From an uncultured Candidatus Binatia bacterium (GTDB lineage Bacteria; Desulfobacterota; Binatia; UBA9968; JAJDTQ01), in NCBI GenBank assembly GCA_965242525.1, contig OZ251459.1, forward strand, positions 1,376,001-1,440,000: DNA of 64,000 nt, written 5' to 3'. The notes under the pieces are model-generated. The model was not told the origin of the DNA and made no database searches. It saw nothing but the letters and a program-made list of their open reading frames with translations. Position numbers and translations under genes: made by a program. Positions 27,006 to 36,676 of this stretch are shown here, one piece after another (the first letter of the stretch is position 1; every line of letters begins with the position of its first letter).

Positions 27006-28040
27006 ATGAGACGCATATCCTGTCTGGCCGCGGCCGCGGTCCTTGGGGTCGCGGTCTTCGCGGCTTCCGCGGCCCACGCAGAGGACTTCTACAAGGGCAA
27101 GACGTTCCGTTTCATCGTGGGCTTCTCGCCCGGGGGCGGCTACGACACCTACACGCGGCTGATCGCCCGCTACTTCGGCAAGTACGTTCCCGGCAACCCC
27201 ACGACCCTGGTGCAGAACATGACCGGGGCCGGAAGCCTCATCTCGGCCAACTACATCGCCCGGCGGGCCAAGCCCGACGGCCTCACCGGCGCGGTGTTCA
27301 ACAACTCGCTGATCGTGCAGAAGAGCCTGGGCGACAAGAAGGTCACGGTACCCTTCGAGAAGCTGGAGTGGGCGGGGGCGCCCAGCCAGGGCGAGATCGT
27401 CTGCATGATGATGGCCTTCACCGGCAAGACTACACTCAAGGACGTGCTCGCCTCCAAGGAACCCATCAAGATGGGCGCCACCCGGGCGGGGTCCACCGGC
27501 TTCGACATCCCGACCATCATGAACAAGACCATGGGGGCCAACTTCAAGCTCATCACCGGGTACCGGGGAACCGCCACCATACGGCTGGCGCTGGAAGGGC
27601 GCGAGGTGGACGGTTTCTGCTCCCAGTGGGAGTCCATGAGGGTCACGGCCCGGAGCATGCTGGACGCCGAGGGCGGGCAGAAGCTGGTGCCCTTCATCAT
27701 CGACAGCCATAGCTACCAGGACCCGGAGACCAAAGACCTGCCCCTGTTCGAGGACGAGATCAAGACGAAGGAAGGCCTCCAGATCTACAAATCCTGGGCC
27801 TCCCAGATGGCGTTCCAGCGGATGCTCGCCCTCCCGCCCGGAACCCCCAAGGACCGTCTGGCCATCCTGAGGCAGGCTTACGAGAAGACCCTGAAGGACC
27901 CGGACCTGCTGGCGGAGGCCGAGAAAGCCAAGCTCGTGGTCACCTACGTTTCCGGCCCGGAGGTGGAGAAGCTCGTGAGCGAGATCATCAACATGCCCCC
28001 GCACGTGAAGGAGAGCCTGTCCTTCCTGGTGCGGAAGTAA
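27006..28040 (+). CDS. tctC: Tripartite tricarboxylate transporter substrate-binding protein (solo TctC/Bug-like)
   Basis: Signal peptide; DFYKGKT, GFSPGGGYD, NMTGAGS, GYRGT, EGREVDG; GGAGG RBS. Confidence 0.88.
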   Translation: MRRISCLAAAAVLGVAVFAASAAHAEDFYKGKTFRFIVGFSPGGGYDTYTRLIARYFGKYVPGNPTTLVQNMTGAGSLISANYIARRAKPDGLTGAVFNNSLIVQKSLGDKKVTVPFEKLEWAGAPSQGEIVCMMMAFTGKTTLKDVLASKEPIKMGATRAGSTGFDIPTIMNKTMGANFKLITGYRGTATIRLALEGREVDGFCSQWESMRVTARSMLDAEGGQKLVPFIIDSHSYQDPETKDLPLFEDEIKTKEGLQIYKSWASQMAFQRMLALPPGTPKDRLAILRQAYEKTLKDPDLLAEAEKAKLVVTYVSGPEVEKLVSEIINMPPHVKESLSFLVRK

Positions 28041-28051
28041 CCGGAAAAGGG

Positions 28052-29536
28052 TCATCCGCGGGGATGGGGCGGCGGTTTCTCCGGCGCTCCATCCCTCGCC
28101 TGGTCCTCCCCCTTTCCGGCAAGCCAACCCCGGACCAGTTCCGCCTTCAGCACCTTTCCGGTGGCGCCCTTGGGCAGTTCCGGGACCAGGCGCACCCAGC
28201 GCGGGTACTTGAAGCGGGCGAGCCGGGCCGCACAGTAGCCCGTGAGGTCGTCCGCCCCGGGCCGGGTCCCCGGCCTCGCCACCACGAAAGCCGCCACCTC
28301 CTCTCCCAGGTCGGGATGGGGCACCCCCACCACCGCGGCCTCCGCCACCTCCGGGTGCGCCGTCAGCACAGCCTCCACCTCCTGGGGAAAGACCGAGTAG
28401 CCGCCCCGGAGGATGCGCTCCCTCAAGCGCCCGGTGATCTCCACGAACCCGTCGCCTGAGATCCGGGCCAGGTCGCCGGTGCGGAACCACCCGTCCGTGA
28501 GCACCGGCGCAGGGTCGTTCCAGTAGCCTTCGAGCGCCGCGGGCGTCCGGATCCACAACTCCCCCGTCTCCCCTTCACCGGATCCGGCGCCCCCCTCCCC
28601 AGCCACACCTTCCCCCACCACCCGCGCCTCCACCCCCGGGACCGCTCGACCCACGGACTCCGGGCGGTCGTCGTCTTCCTCTGCCAAGTAGGATATGGGA
28701 CGGAAGAGCTCGGTCATGCCGTAACCCCGGAGGATGCGGACGCCGCTGCGCCGGCGCCACTCCTCGGCCAGGTCCCAAGGGCACGGCGCGGCCCCGGACA
28801 CCGCGAGGCGCAGCGACGACAGGTCCGCGGCGTCGAACTCCGGCGCGCCCAACAGGCGGCGGAACATGGTGGCCACCCCCAGGAACAGGGTGACCCGGTG
28901 CTCCTCCACCGCGGCGAGGACGGCCTCCGGGGAGAACCTGTCGAGGACCACCACACGGGCGCCCATGAGCAGCGGCGCCAGCAGCGAGCCGTGCATGCCG
29001 AAGGAATGGGGCAGCGGCAGCGCCGACAGCACCACGTCGTCCGCGCCCACCGCCATCATGCTCGCCCACGAACGGTCCGCGAAGGTCAGTGCGGCATGGG
29101 TGAAGACCGCGCCCCTGGGCCGTCCGGTGCTGCCGGAACTGTAGCCGATGAGGGCCGGCGCCCGGCACTCCGCCGCGGTGTCCCACGCCCCCGCGCGAGG
29201 GTCCGGGCGTCGGACCACCCGGGCCGGGGCCACGTCCGCGAGTATGGCCCTCTCTTCCTCCGGCTTGAGCAGCGGGCTCAGCGGCGCCGCGGTGGCGCCC
29301 AGCTTCCACACGCCCAGGAGCGCCGCGGCGAAGGTCCAGTGGTTGGGGAGCACCAGCGCCACCCGGTCCCCCGGGACCACCCCGCCCTCCGCCAGCTCCC
29401 GCGCGAAGCCCGCGGCCCGGGCATGGAGTTCGCCGCAGGTCAGCGCCGCGCCGTCGCACAGCAGCGCGGGTCTTTCCGGATGACGCCGGGCGGTGCGCTC
29501 CAGCAGGCAGACGAAGTTGCGTCCGGCAGGCGCCAA
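28052..29536 (-). CDS. AMP-dependent acyl-CoA synthetase/ligase
   Basis: YSSGSTGRPRG, GYGMTE, GWFRTGDL, ELPKGATGKV; TTG start inferred from the RBS. Confidence 0.9.
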   Translation of the reverse strand: MAPAGRNFVCLLERTARRHPERPALLCDGAALTCGELHARAAGFARELAEGGVVPGDRVALVLPNHWTFAAALLGVWKLGATAAPLSPLLKPEEERAILADVAPARVVRRPDPRAGAWDTAAECRAPALIGYSSGSTGRPRGAVFTHAALTFADRSWASMMAVGADDVVLSALPLPHSFGMHGSLLAPLLMGARVVVLDRFSPEAVLAAVEEHRVTLFLGVATMFRRLLGAPEFDAADLSSLRLAVSGAAPCPWDLAEEWRRRSGVRILRGYGMTELFRPISYLAEEDDDRPESVGRAVPGVEARVVGEGVAGEGGAGSGEGETGELWIRTPAALEGYWNDPAPVLTDGWFRTGDLARISGDGFVEITGRLRERILRGGYSVFPQEVEAVLTAHPEVAEAAVVGVPHPDLGEEVAAFVVARPGTRPGADDLTGYCAARLARFKYPRWVRLVPELPKGATGKVLKAELVRGWLAGKGEDQARDGAPEKPPPHPRG

Positions 29537-29556
29537 TGCCGTCCCTTCCGCGGACC

Positions 29557-30906
29557 TCAGAGTCCCAGGGCGTCCAGGTCGATGCGCTCCATGACCTCTT
29601 GCTGGATGCGGTTGCGGGGAGTGTACTGCGCCAGAGAGGGCTTGGCGGTGGCGTCCACTCCCCACTTGGCGGTGTAGCCGTCCGAGTCCGTGGAAGGGTC
29701 CAGGTCCGAGCCCCGGGTGTTCGAGACCACGGTGATGTCCCGGTCGGCCTGGCACCGGGTGCCCAGGGCCCAGGCCACCTCCCGGTCGTCGAAGACGTCC
29801 ACGTCGTGGTCCACCACCACCACCCGCTTGATGTACATGTCCGCTCCCAGCACCGCGAGTATGGCGTTCTTGGCCTGGCCCGGGGTCCGCTGGCGGATGG
29901 ACACGTAGCAGCTATAGGGAGCGGGCACCCGCACCGCGGCCACCGAAGGGACCATGGTGCGCACCGCCCGGTAGAGGTTCGCCTCCATGGGGATGGTAGA
30001 GAGCAACAGGTGATCGACCTGGGCCACCGCGATGTCGTGGAACAGGGCGTCCTCCCTCATGGTCATGGCGGTGTAGCGGACCACCTCGCGCCGGCGCTCC
30101 CCGAGGCTGTACCCGGTGAACTCGCTGAACGGCCCCTCCGGGGTCCTTTCCCCGGGCAGGATCTCGCCCTCCAGCACCAGCTCGGCGTGGGCCGGGGCCA
30201 GCAGGTCCGAGGTCTCGCACCGGACCAGCTCCAGCGGTTCCCCCAGGAGCCCGCCCATGATGGCGCGTTCGTCCTCGTCGATGGAGCCGATGGCCAACGC
30301 CCCCAGGCCGATGGCCGGGTGGACGCCGATGGCGAAGGCCACGGGCAGGGATTGACCCAGGGCCTCGGCCTTCTGGAAGAACTCCCACAGGTGCTTGGAG
30401 GCTGTGATGTGGATGGAGGTCCGGTCCCGGCCCAGGATCATCAGGCGGTTGTAGGCGCAGTTCCAGGCGCCGTCCTCCGGGTCCCGGGCGAACGAGACGG
30501 CCCCGGTGACGTAGGGGCCGGCATCCGCGGCGTGGTGGACGATCTGCGGCAACTCCAGGAGGTCCACCTCGCCGCCCGTGCGCACCACCTCCTTGACCGG
30601 CCCGGAGTCCACCGCCACCGGCGCCACAGGATGCTCCATGGCGTCTAGGAACGCGCGCTGGAGTTGCCGGGGCTCGGCGTTCATGGCCAGGGCCATGCGG
30701 CGGCGGCTGGCGTGGAGGTTGGTCAGCACCGGGAACGCGCTGCCCTTCACGTTCTCCAGCAACAGCGCCGGCCTTCGACGCCGTTCCCGGGCGAGCTTGG
30801 CCACCAGCGCGGTGACCTCGTAGCGCGGGTTCACCGGCTCCGAGATCCGGACGAGTTCGTCCTTCGATTCCACCAGTTCCAGATAGCTTCTCAAGTCCTG
30901 CGGCAT
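29557..30906 (-). CDS. UbiD family decarboxylase
   Basis: DAGPYVT, NCAYNR, PAHAELVLEG, EGPFSEFTGY, VVVVDHDVDV, WALGTR, DLDPS. Confidence 0.93.
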   Translation of the reverse strand: MPQDLRSYLELVESKDELVRISEPVNPRYEVTALVAKLARERRRRPALLLENVKGSAFPVLTNLHASRRRMALAMNAEPRQLQRAFLDAMEHPVAPVAVDSGPVKEVVRTGGEVDLLELPQIVHHAADAGPYVTGAVSFARDPEDGAWNCAYNRLMILGRDRTSIHITASKHLWEFFQKAEALGQSLPVAFAIGVHPAIGLGALAIGSIDEDERAIMGGLLGEPLELVRCETSDLLAPAHAELVLEGEILPGERTPEGPFSEFTGYSLGERRREVVRYTAMTMREDALFHDIAVAQVDHLLLSTIPMEANLYRAVRTMVPSVAAVRVPAPYSCYVSIRQRTPGQAKNAILAVLGADMYIKRVVVVDHDVDVFDDREVAWALGTRCQADRDITVVSNTRGSDLDPSTDSDGYTAKWGVDATAKPSLAQYTPRNRIQQEVMERIDLDALGL

Positions 30907-30920
30907 GGTCCACCCGTCTT

Positions 30921-31000
30921 CGCGAAAGCGCGTCCTTCGACTTCGCTTCGCTACGCTCAGGACGAACGGGGATCAATCGTTCGGACGTCCAGAGTTTCCC
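30921..31000 (+). mobile_element. MITE-A copy (one end lost)
   Basis: GAAAGCGCGTCCTTCGACTTCGCTTCGCTACGCTCAGGACGAACGGGG...CAGAGTTTCCC. Confidence 0.7.
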
Positions 31001-31030
31001 CGAGACCTTCCGATCCGCGCGCGGGGCCGG

Positions 31031-31846
31031 CTACCCGTGCTCCAGCACCCACCGCGCCACCTCGTCGTGCCGGGCGAACCAGACCCTGGAAAAGCCCTTC
31101 ATGTACCTGAGTATCTCGGTCAGCATGGCCGCCATCATGGGCCGTCCGCCGAAATGGGCGTGCACCGTCAGGTTGATCATCTCCGGGGCGTCCGAGCGGT
31201 AGAGGAAGTCGAAGGTGTCCTTATAGACGTTGAGGAAGTCCCGGGGACTGCCCCGCAGCACCCGGTTGTCGGCGAAGTCGCTGTGGGGGATGGCCACCAC
31301 CGGGCCGTGTTGGGTGGCCACCCGGTAGGGCATGTCCGTGTCGTTGTAGTCCCCGTGCCAGACGCACCCGGCCTCCGCCAGGAACCCCGCGGTGTGCTCG
31401 GTGGGGGTGGCCCTGGGACTCAGCCAACCCACCGGCCTCGCGCCCGCGGCGCCTTCGATGAGGTCGAAGCAGCGGCCGATCACCTCCCTTTCCTCGTCCG
31501 CGGAAAGGGAGGTGAGGAAGGTGTCCTGGGTGTAGGAATGGCCGGCCAGCTCGTGGCCGTCCCGGTGCAGGGCCTTCACCGCGTCCGGGAAGAGCTCCAC
31601 CGAACGGCCGCTGACGCACACCGTGGCCGGGACCTCGAACTCCCGGAAGATCTTCATGAAGCGCCAGACGCCCGTGCGTCCGCCGTACTCGGACCACGAC
31701 ACCCCCAGCCGGTCCACCACCCCCGGCTCGAGGGGCGACGACATGGGCGAGTAGGCGGGCGCCTTCCCCGGCGACCAGGTCTCGAACATGGGGGTCACGA
31801 GCACCGCGACCCTGGCCCCCTCGGGCCATTCATCCACCGTCGTCAA
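31031..31846 (-). CDS. Polysaccharide deacetylase family protein (PuuE-like)
   Basis: WPEGARVAV, EYGGRTGVWR, GHELAGHSY, RPVGWLSP, DTFDFLY, HAHFGGRP, VWFAR. Confidence 0.87.
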   Translation of the reverse strand: MTTVDEWPEGARVAVLVTPMFETWSPGKAPAYSPMSSPLEPGVVDRLGVSWSEYGGRTGVWRFMKIFREFEVPATVCVSGRSVELFPDAVKALHRDGHELAGHSYTQDTFLTSLSADEEREVIGRCFDLIEGAAGARPVGWLSPRATPTEHTAGFLAEAGCVWHGDYNDTDMPYRVATQHGPVVAIPHSDFADNRVLRGSPRDFLNVYKDTFDFLYRSDAPEMINLTVHAHFGGRPMMAAMLTEILRYMKGFSRVWFARHDEVARWVLEHG

Positions 31847-31922
31847 CGGTTCCCCCTTTCCGGCTATCGAAGACGCCGTGGAGGCAGGGTCTCCACGGCC
31901 GCAGTCCCGTCGCCGCAGGCTG

Positions 31923-33020
31923 TCACGGCTCGGGGCTCCACACCCGGCCGGGCACGAAGAGCTGGCCCTGGAACAGCTTCCGGGCGGTGCGGACCACTCC
32001 CGCCTTCCGCAGCGCGAATTCGTCCCCTGCCCCGTCGAGCTCGAACGCCACGGTGATGGAGCCGCTGGGGTGCTCGACCTCCACCCGCTGCGAGAGAGCG
32101 TCCGTGACCTCCGCGACGCCCTCGGCCACGGTCCCGGACGCCAGCGCGGCGCTGCCGACGCAGATGGCGCCGGAAACCGCATGGGCGGCGTGGCAGTCCG
32201 CGGGCGTGAAGTAGCGGGAGGTCACCGCCCCGCCCCGCCGGGGCCGGGAGAGGATGCCGAACTTGGGGATGACCTGCCCTCGCACGTCGCCCAGGCCCAT
32301 GCGCTCGCCGGCCACGAGCCGGACGGCTTCCAGCTTGTCCAGCAGCGCCCGGTTGGCGTCCAGTTCCCCCTTGCCCTCGTCGCCGCGCACGCCCATGCCC
32401 TCCGCCGCGGCCAGGACCATGGGCATGGCCGCGTCCACGCAACTCACCTCGACCCCCAGGATGCGCTCCCGGCGGCTGCCGGTGGGGAACAGCGCCCCGG
32501 TCTTGGAGCCCACCACTTCCATGAAGTTGAGCAGGATCGGCGCGGCGCTGCCGGGGACCCCGTCGATGACCGCGTCGCCGTCGTACTCCACGCGCCCGCC
32601 GGGGGTCTCCACCACCGCCTCGATGAGCGAGTCGGTGTTGACGTTGCGGATGTGCACCACGGTCCTGGGGTCGTCCGCGGCCACCAACCCCCGGTCGATG
32701 GCGAAGGGACCCACGCCGGCGAGCATGTTGCCGCAGGTGGGGCCGTAGTCCACGAACGCCCGGTCCACCGAGACCTGGCCGAAGAGATAGTCCACCTGCG
32801 CCCAGTCATGGGCGGAGGGCGACACGATGGCGACCTTGCTGGTGAGGGTGGTGGCGCCGCCGATGCCGTCGATCTGCCGGTGGTCGGGGGACCCCATGGC
32901 CGCCAACAGCACCCGGTCGCGTCCGAGTTCGTCCGCAGGCAACTCCCGGGCGAGGAAATACGGCCCCCGGGAAGTGCCGCCGCGCATCATGGTGCAGGGG
33001 ATCGCGGTCTGTCCGGCCAT
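31923..33020 (-). CDS. PrpF-family isomerase, 4-oxalomesaconate tautomerase-like
   Basis: MRGGTSRGPYF, MGSPD.RQIDGIGGA..LTSKVAIV, CGNMLAGVGPFA, VRTARKLF.G. Confidence 0.9.
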   Translation of the reverse strand: MAGQTAIPCTMMRGGTSRGPYFLARELPADELGRDRVLLAAMGSPDHRQIDGIGGATTLTSKVAIVSPSAHDWAQVDYLFGQVSVDRAFVDYGPTCGNMLAGVGPFAIDRGLVAADDPRTVVHIRNVNTDSLIEAVVETPGGRVEYDGDAVIDGVPGSAAPILLNFMEVVGSKTGALFPTGSRRERILGVEVSCVDAAMPMVLAAAEGMGVRGDEGKGELDANRALLDKLEAVRLVAGERMGLGDVRGQVIPKFGILSRPRRGGAVTSRYFTPADCHAAHAVSGAICVGSAALASGTVAEGVAEVTDALSQRVEVEHPSGSITVAFELDGAGDEFALRKAGVVRTARKLFQGQLFVPGRVWSPEP

Positions 33021-33052
33021 GTCCGTCTCCTGTGGTCCTCGTCCCCTCTACG

Positions 33053-33106
33053 GGAACGTCCTGACCATCGAGATATACACCATCGCCTCGGGATTGTCAG
33101 GGTTCC
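33053..33106. mobile_element. Core-less minimal MITE-A derivative
   Basis: GGAACGTCCTGACCATCGAGA ... TCGGGATTGTCAGGGTTCC inverted ends without the REP core. Confidence 0.45.
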
Positions 33107-33191
33107 CGGTTCCGGCGGCGCAGGGTGGACACCTTCAAGGAAAAGCTGGTAGTGGGAAGGAGGGGGGATTCCAGGCAACCGGAGGGAACGC

Positions 33192-34253
33192 ATGCCGCTA
33201 CTCATCGACAACCGGATCGCGGAGCAGGCGCTCCGCATGGACGACGCCATCGAGGCCATGGAGAGCGCGCTGAGGCAGCTTTCCGAGGGCGACGCGGTCT
33301 ATCAACCCCGGACCGACCTCTGGTCCCCCACCGCCACCGTGGGCGACTACTTCCGCTGGGGCTCGCTGCTGGGCGCCATCAAGGACCCGCCCGTGCTCGC
33401 GTTCCGCTTCAAGCTGGACATCATGACCTGGCAGGAATACGACGGCGCGGTCACCGAGCACTGGTTCAACGTGGAGCCCGGCAAGTACTGCGGCATCATC
33501 CTGCTGGTGGATACGCGCACCGGCGAGCTGCTGTGCATCATGAACGACGGTTACCTCCAGAGCTACCGGGTGGGCGCCACCGCGGGGGTCGGGGTCAAGC
33601 ACCTGTCCCGGCCGGACTCCCGCGTCCTCGGCGTGCTCGGCTCCGGCGCCATGGCGCGCACCTACGCCATGGCCGCGTGCGCGGTTCGCCCCATCGAGCG
33701 CATCAAGGTCTTCAGCCCCACGCAGGCGAACCGGGAGGCCTACGCCAAACGCATGGCGGAGGCCCTGGGCCTGGAGGTGACCCCGGTGAACTCGGCCCGG
33801 GAGGCCATGAGCGGCGTGGACGTGGGGGCCACCTGCACGGACTCGCGCGTTCCGCTGTTCCGGTCCGACTGGCTCCAGACCGGCATGCACGTGGTGGACG
33901 TGCGCCCCGAAGAGCTGGAAGGGGACACCTACGACAAGGCCGACGTGGTCATCGGAACCTCCAACAACGCCGTCCTGAACTATGCCCTGGGGACCCCGGA
34001 AGAACGCGACCGGCGGCCCATCGACGACAACTACCGACGCCGCTACACGGACCGGAACCATACCACCCTGGCCCAGGTGCTCGCCGGGGAAAAGCCCGGC
34101 CGGGAGGACGACTCCCAGACCACGCTGCACCACAACTTCTCCGCCGGCATCCAGTTCGCCGCGGTGGGCCACCTGGTCTATCGCTACGCCAGGGAGCACG
34201 GCCTCGGGCGCCACCTGCCGCTGGAGTGGTTCCAGCAGGACATCCGAAACTAG
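33192..34253 (+). CDS. Ornithine cyclodeaminase/mu-crystallin family protein
   Basis: DTRTGELLCIM, YRVGATAGVGVKHL, GVLGSGAMA, GIQFAAVG. Confidence 0.88.
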   Translation: MPLLIDNRIAEQALRMDDAIEAMESALRQLSEGDAVYQPRTDLWSPTATVGDYFRWGSLLGAIKDPPVLAFRFKLDIMTWQEYDGAVTEHWFNVEPGKYCGIILLVDTRTGELLCIMNDGYLQSYRVGATAGVGVKHLSRPDSRVLGVLGSGAMARTYAMAACAVRPIERIKVFSPTQANREAYAKRMAEALGLEVTPVNSAREAMSGVDVGATCTDSRVPLFRSDWLQTGMHVVDVRPEELEGDTYDKADVVIGTSNNAVLNYALGTPEERDRRPIDDNYRRRYTDRNHTTLAQVLAGEKPGREDDSQTTLHHNFSAGIQFAAVGHLVYRYAREHGLGRHLPLEWFQQDIRN

Positions 34254-34430
34254 CGGCCCGGGTTCCGAACCGGATCCGTCAGGCGCTCCAGGCTTTCGTG
34301 TGTGCAGGGTCCCACGGCGTAGAGCCCCCTCCTCCAGCGGGACGGACGGGTTGGGAGGCGGCGGCACGGCTGAGGGGACGGGCCCCCTGCACGGCACGGC
34401 CCGACCCGATTCGCCCCTCCCTCCCGCGCC

Positions 34431-35306
34431 ATGATCGAGCTGCTGCCCCAGGCCGTGGGCCTGTTCACCGCGTTGACCTACGCCGCCAGCATCATCTCTG
34501 CGCGCCGGGGCCTCCAGTACTCCAACGCCACCACGGTGACCTACCTTTCCCTCCTGTGCCAGACCGTGACCCTGTGGACCCTGGTGTTCCTCGTCACCGG
34601 CGTCCCGGTCGTGGACAGGACCTTTCTGCTGGCGGCCGTGCTCGTGGGTTTCCTCATGCCCATGGTCCGCCTGTTGACCTACACCGGCATCGCCAAGGTG
34701 GGAGCCGCCCGGGGCGCCGCGCTCCGGTCCACCCACCCGCTGTTCAGCGCCATGCTCGCCCTGACCTTCCTCGGGGAGACGGCCACCGCGCCGGGGCTCA
34801 CCGGGGTCTTCCTGGTGGTGGCGGGGATCGTCCTGATCTCCTGGCGGGAAGAAGGAAAGCGCGCCCCCGTCCCCTGGTGGCACAACCTGTACTCGGTCCT
34901 GGCCGCGGTCCTGGCCGCCCTGGTGCACAACCTCGTGCGTTTCTCGCTCCATTCGGCCGCCTACCCGGTGCTGTTCGCGGCCATCGTGGGCCTGGTTTCG
35001 CTGGCGACCTTCACCGGCTACCTGCTGGCGCGCCCGGGGTCCGACCGACCCCAGTGGAACCGCCGGGCCATGGCCCCTTTCCTGGCCACCGCGGCGCTGG
35101 AGAACCTGGGGTTCCTCCTGTTCAACGTGGCCCTCAGCATCGGGCCGGTGGTGCTGGTCACTCCCATGGTGGCCACCCAGCCCATGTGGGTGCTGCTCTT
35201 CACCGTGGTGTTCCTCCGCTCCATCGAGCTGGTGACGCCGCGGACGGTGGCGGGCAGCGTGGTGGTGGTGGCCGGCACCGTGGCCATCACTCTGGGCGGG
35301 TCCTGA
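34431..35306 (+). CDS. DMT/EamA family transporter
   Basis: About 10 TM segments; paralogous to 9119..9976. Confidence 0.85.
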   Translation: MIELLPQAVGLFTALTYAASIISARRGLQYSNATTVTYLSLLCQTVTLWTLVFLVTGVPVVDRTFLLAAVLVGFLMPMVRLLTYTGIAKVGAARGAALRSTHPLFSAMLALTFLGETATAPGLTGVFLVVAGIVLISWREEGKRAPVPWWHNLYSVLAAVLAALVHNLVRFSLHSAAYPVLFAAIVGLVSLATFTGYLLARPGSDRPQWNRRAMAPFLATAALENLGFLLFNVALSIGPVVLVTPMVATQPMWVLLFTVVFLRSIELVTPRTVAGSVVVVAGTVAITLGGS

Positions 35307-35358
35307 CTCCGGCTCGCAACGCTCCGCCCTCCAACCCGGAAAGAAAGGCGTTCCCACC

Positions 35359-36594
35359 GTGTCCCTGCCCAACTGGCTCAACCCGCGCAACCCCGCGGTC
35401 CGCGATTTCCTCCTGCTGTACGGCAGCGCCCTCTTCTCCGGCGTCGGCTGGGGCATGGTGCTGCCCACCATCCCGGTGTTGACCGAGGCATTCGGGATCT
35501 CAGGAGGCATGGCCGCCCAGACGGTGACGGCGTGGGCCGCCGGCCGCCTGGCGGGCACCCCGGCCAGCGGTGTCATGCTCGACCGCACGGGGCCCCGGGC
35601 GATGATGGTGGGGGGCGCCGCGGTGACCGCGGCCGCGGCCCTGGCGGCCTCCGTGAGCCCGGCCTTCGCGGGCCTGCTGGCGGCGCTCTTCGTGGTCGGC
35701 GCCGCGGAATCCATCTGGGCCATGGGACGGGAGGTGGCCGGCATCGACTTGGCGCGCCAGAACCAGCGGGGGCGGGTCATGAGCGGGTTCCACGGGGTGC
35801 ACAACGCCGGGCTGACGCTGGGGCCGGTGCTCGGCGGCTTCCTGACCGTGGGCCTGGGCTTTCGCGCGGTGTTCGTGGCCCATGCCCTGTCCGGGGCGCT
35901 CGCGGCCCTGTGCGGACTCGGGGTGCGCGCGTCCGGCCGGCCCCGGCGTCCGGCGCCGCGGCCGGCTTCCGGGGGCATGGGTCCCCGTCACTGGGTGGGA
36001 AGGATGGTGGCGCTGTTCCGGGAGGTGGCGCCGCCGCTGCGAAGGACCTACGCGGTGCTGGTGTGCGCCACGTGCGTCAGCCTGATGTTCCGGCTGACCC
36101 TCCAGAGCATGCTGCCCCTCTACGCCGGGGTGCACCTGGGCTTCACGCCCGTGGAGGTGGGCCTGCTCTTCTCCATCTCCGGGACGCTGGTCTTCGCCAT
36201 GATCCTGCCCGCGGGGTTCGTGCTCGACAAGGTGGGCAGGAAATGGGCCACGGTGCCCAGCAACCTCATTCCCGCGGTGGTCTTCCTGATCATCCCGTTC
36301 GCCGACACCTTCGCCGGGCTTGCGGTGCTGGTGTCCCTCACCGGGGTCTCCAACGGCCTCTCCCTGGGCTGCCTGGCCACCTCCACTTACGACGTGGCGC
36401 CGCAACACGCCCGCGGCCGCCTGCAGGCCATGCGCCGGACCATCGCCGACCTGGTGGGTCTCGGCGCGCCCCTGGCCGGAGGATTCCTCGCCAACGCCTT
36501 CCACCCGGGAGTCCCCTTCCTGGCCCTCGCGCCGCTGCTGTGGCTCTCCACCCTGCTGCTGGCCTTCGGCACCAAGGAGACGCTGGAACGCTAG
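35359..36594 (+). CDS. MFS transporter
   Basis: 12 TM pattern; G.MLDRTGPR and G.VLDKVGRK motif A copies. Confidence 0.88.
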   Translation: MSLPNWLNPRNPAVRDFLLLYGSALFSGVGWGMVLPTIPVLTEAFGISGGMAAQTVTAWAAGRLAGTPASGVMLDRTGPRAMMVGGAAVTAAAALAASVSPAFAGLLAALFVVGAAESIWAMGREVAGIDLARQNQRGRVMSGFHGVHNAGLTLGPVLGGFLTVGLGFRAVFVAHALSGALAALCGLGVRASGRPRRPAPRPASGGMGPRHWVGRMVALFREVAPPLRRTYAVLVCATCVSLMFRLTLQSMLPLYAGVHLGFTPVEVGLLFSISGTLVFAMILPAGFVLDKVGRKWATVPSNLIPAVVFLIIPFADTFAGLAVLVSLTGVSNGLSLGCLATSTYDVAPQHARGRLQAMRRTIADLVGLGAPLAGGFLANAFHPGVPFLALAPLLWLSTLLLAFGTKETLER

Positions 36595-36637
36595 ATTGGT
36601 TCGAGTCCGTGGAGGCGATAGTCAGGGGCGTCGGGTC

Positions 36638-36676
36638 TCAACCGTATTGATGGCGAAGCAATTGGCTCCGTTTCAC
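36638..36676 (-). pseudogene. Truncated HicA toxin N-terminus
   Basis: GTG overlapping the hicB stop encodes MKRSQLLRHQYG*, like HicA starts (MKR..L.RHL..HGC); nothing HicA-like follows. Confidence 0.45.

Noticed and set aside
8002-31000. Recurrent ~43-bp repeat as a CRISPR array
   Set aside because: Copies are dispersed, in both orientations, with no regular spacers and no cas genes; they behave as MITE/REP elements
33125-35978. Very long alternative ORFs (33125..35482 +, 33198..35978 -) and similar ones such as 42941..45409 and 61965..63938
   Set aside because: Shadow frames of real high-GC genes; Arg/Gly/Pro-rich with no motifs
36638-36640. TGA in the hicA stub as a second selenocysteine codon
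   Set aside because: The downstream frame is not HicA-like and runs into the convergent MFS gene; truncation is the simpler explanation
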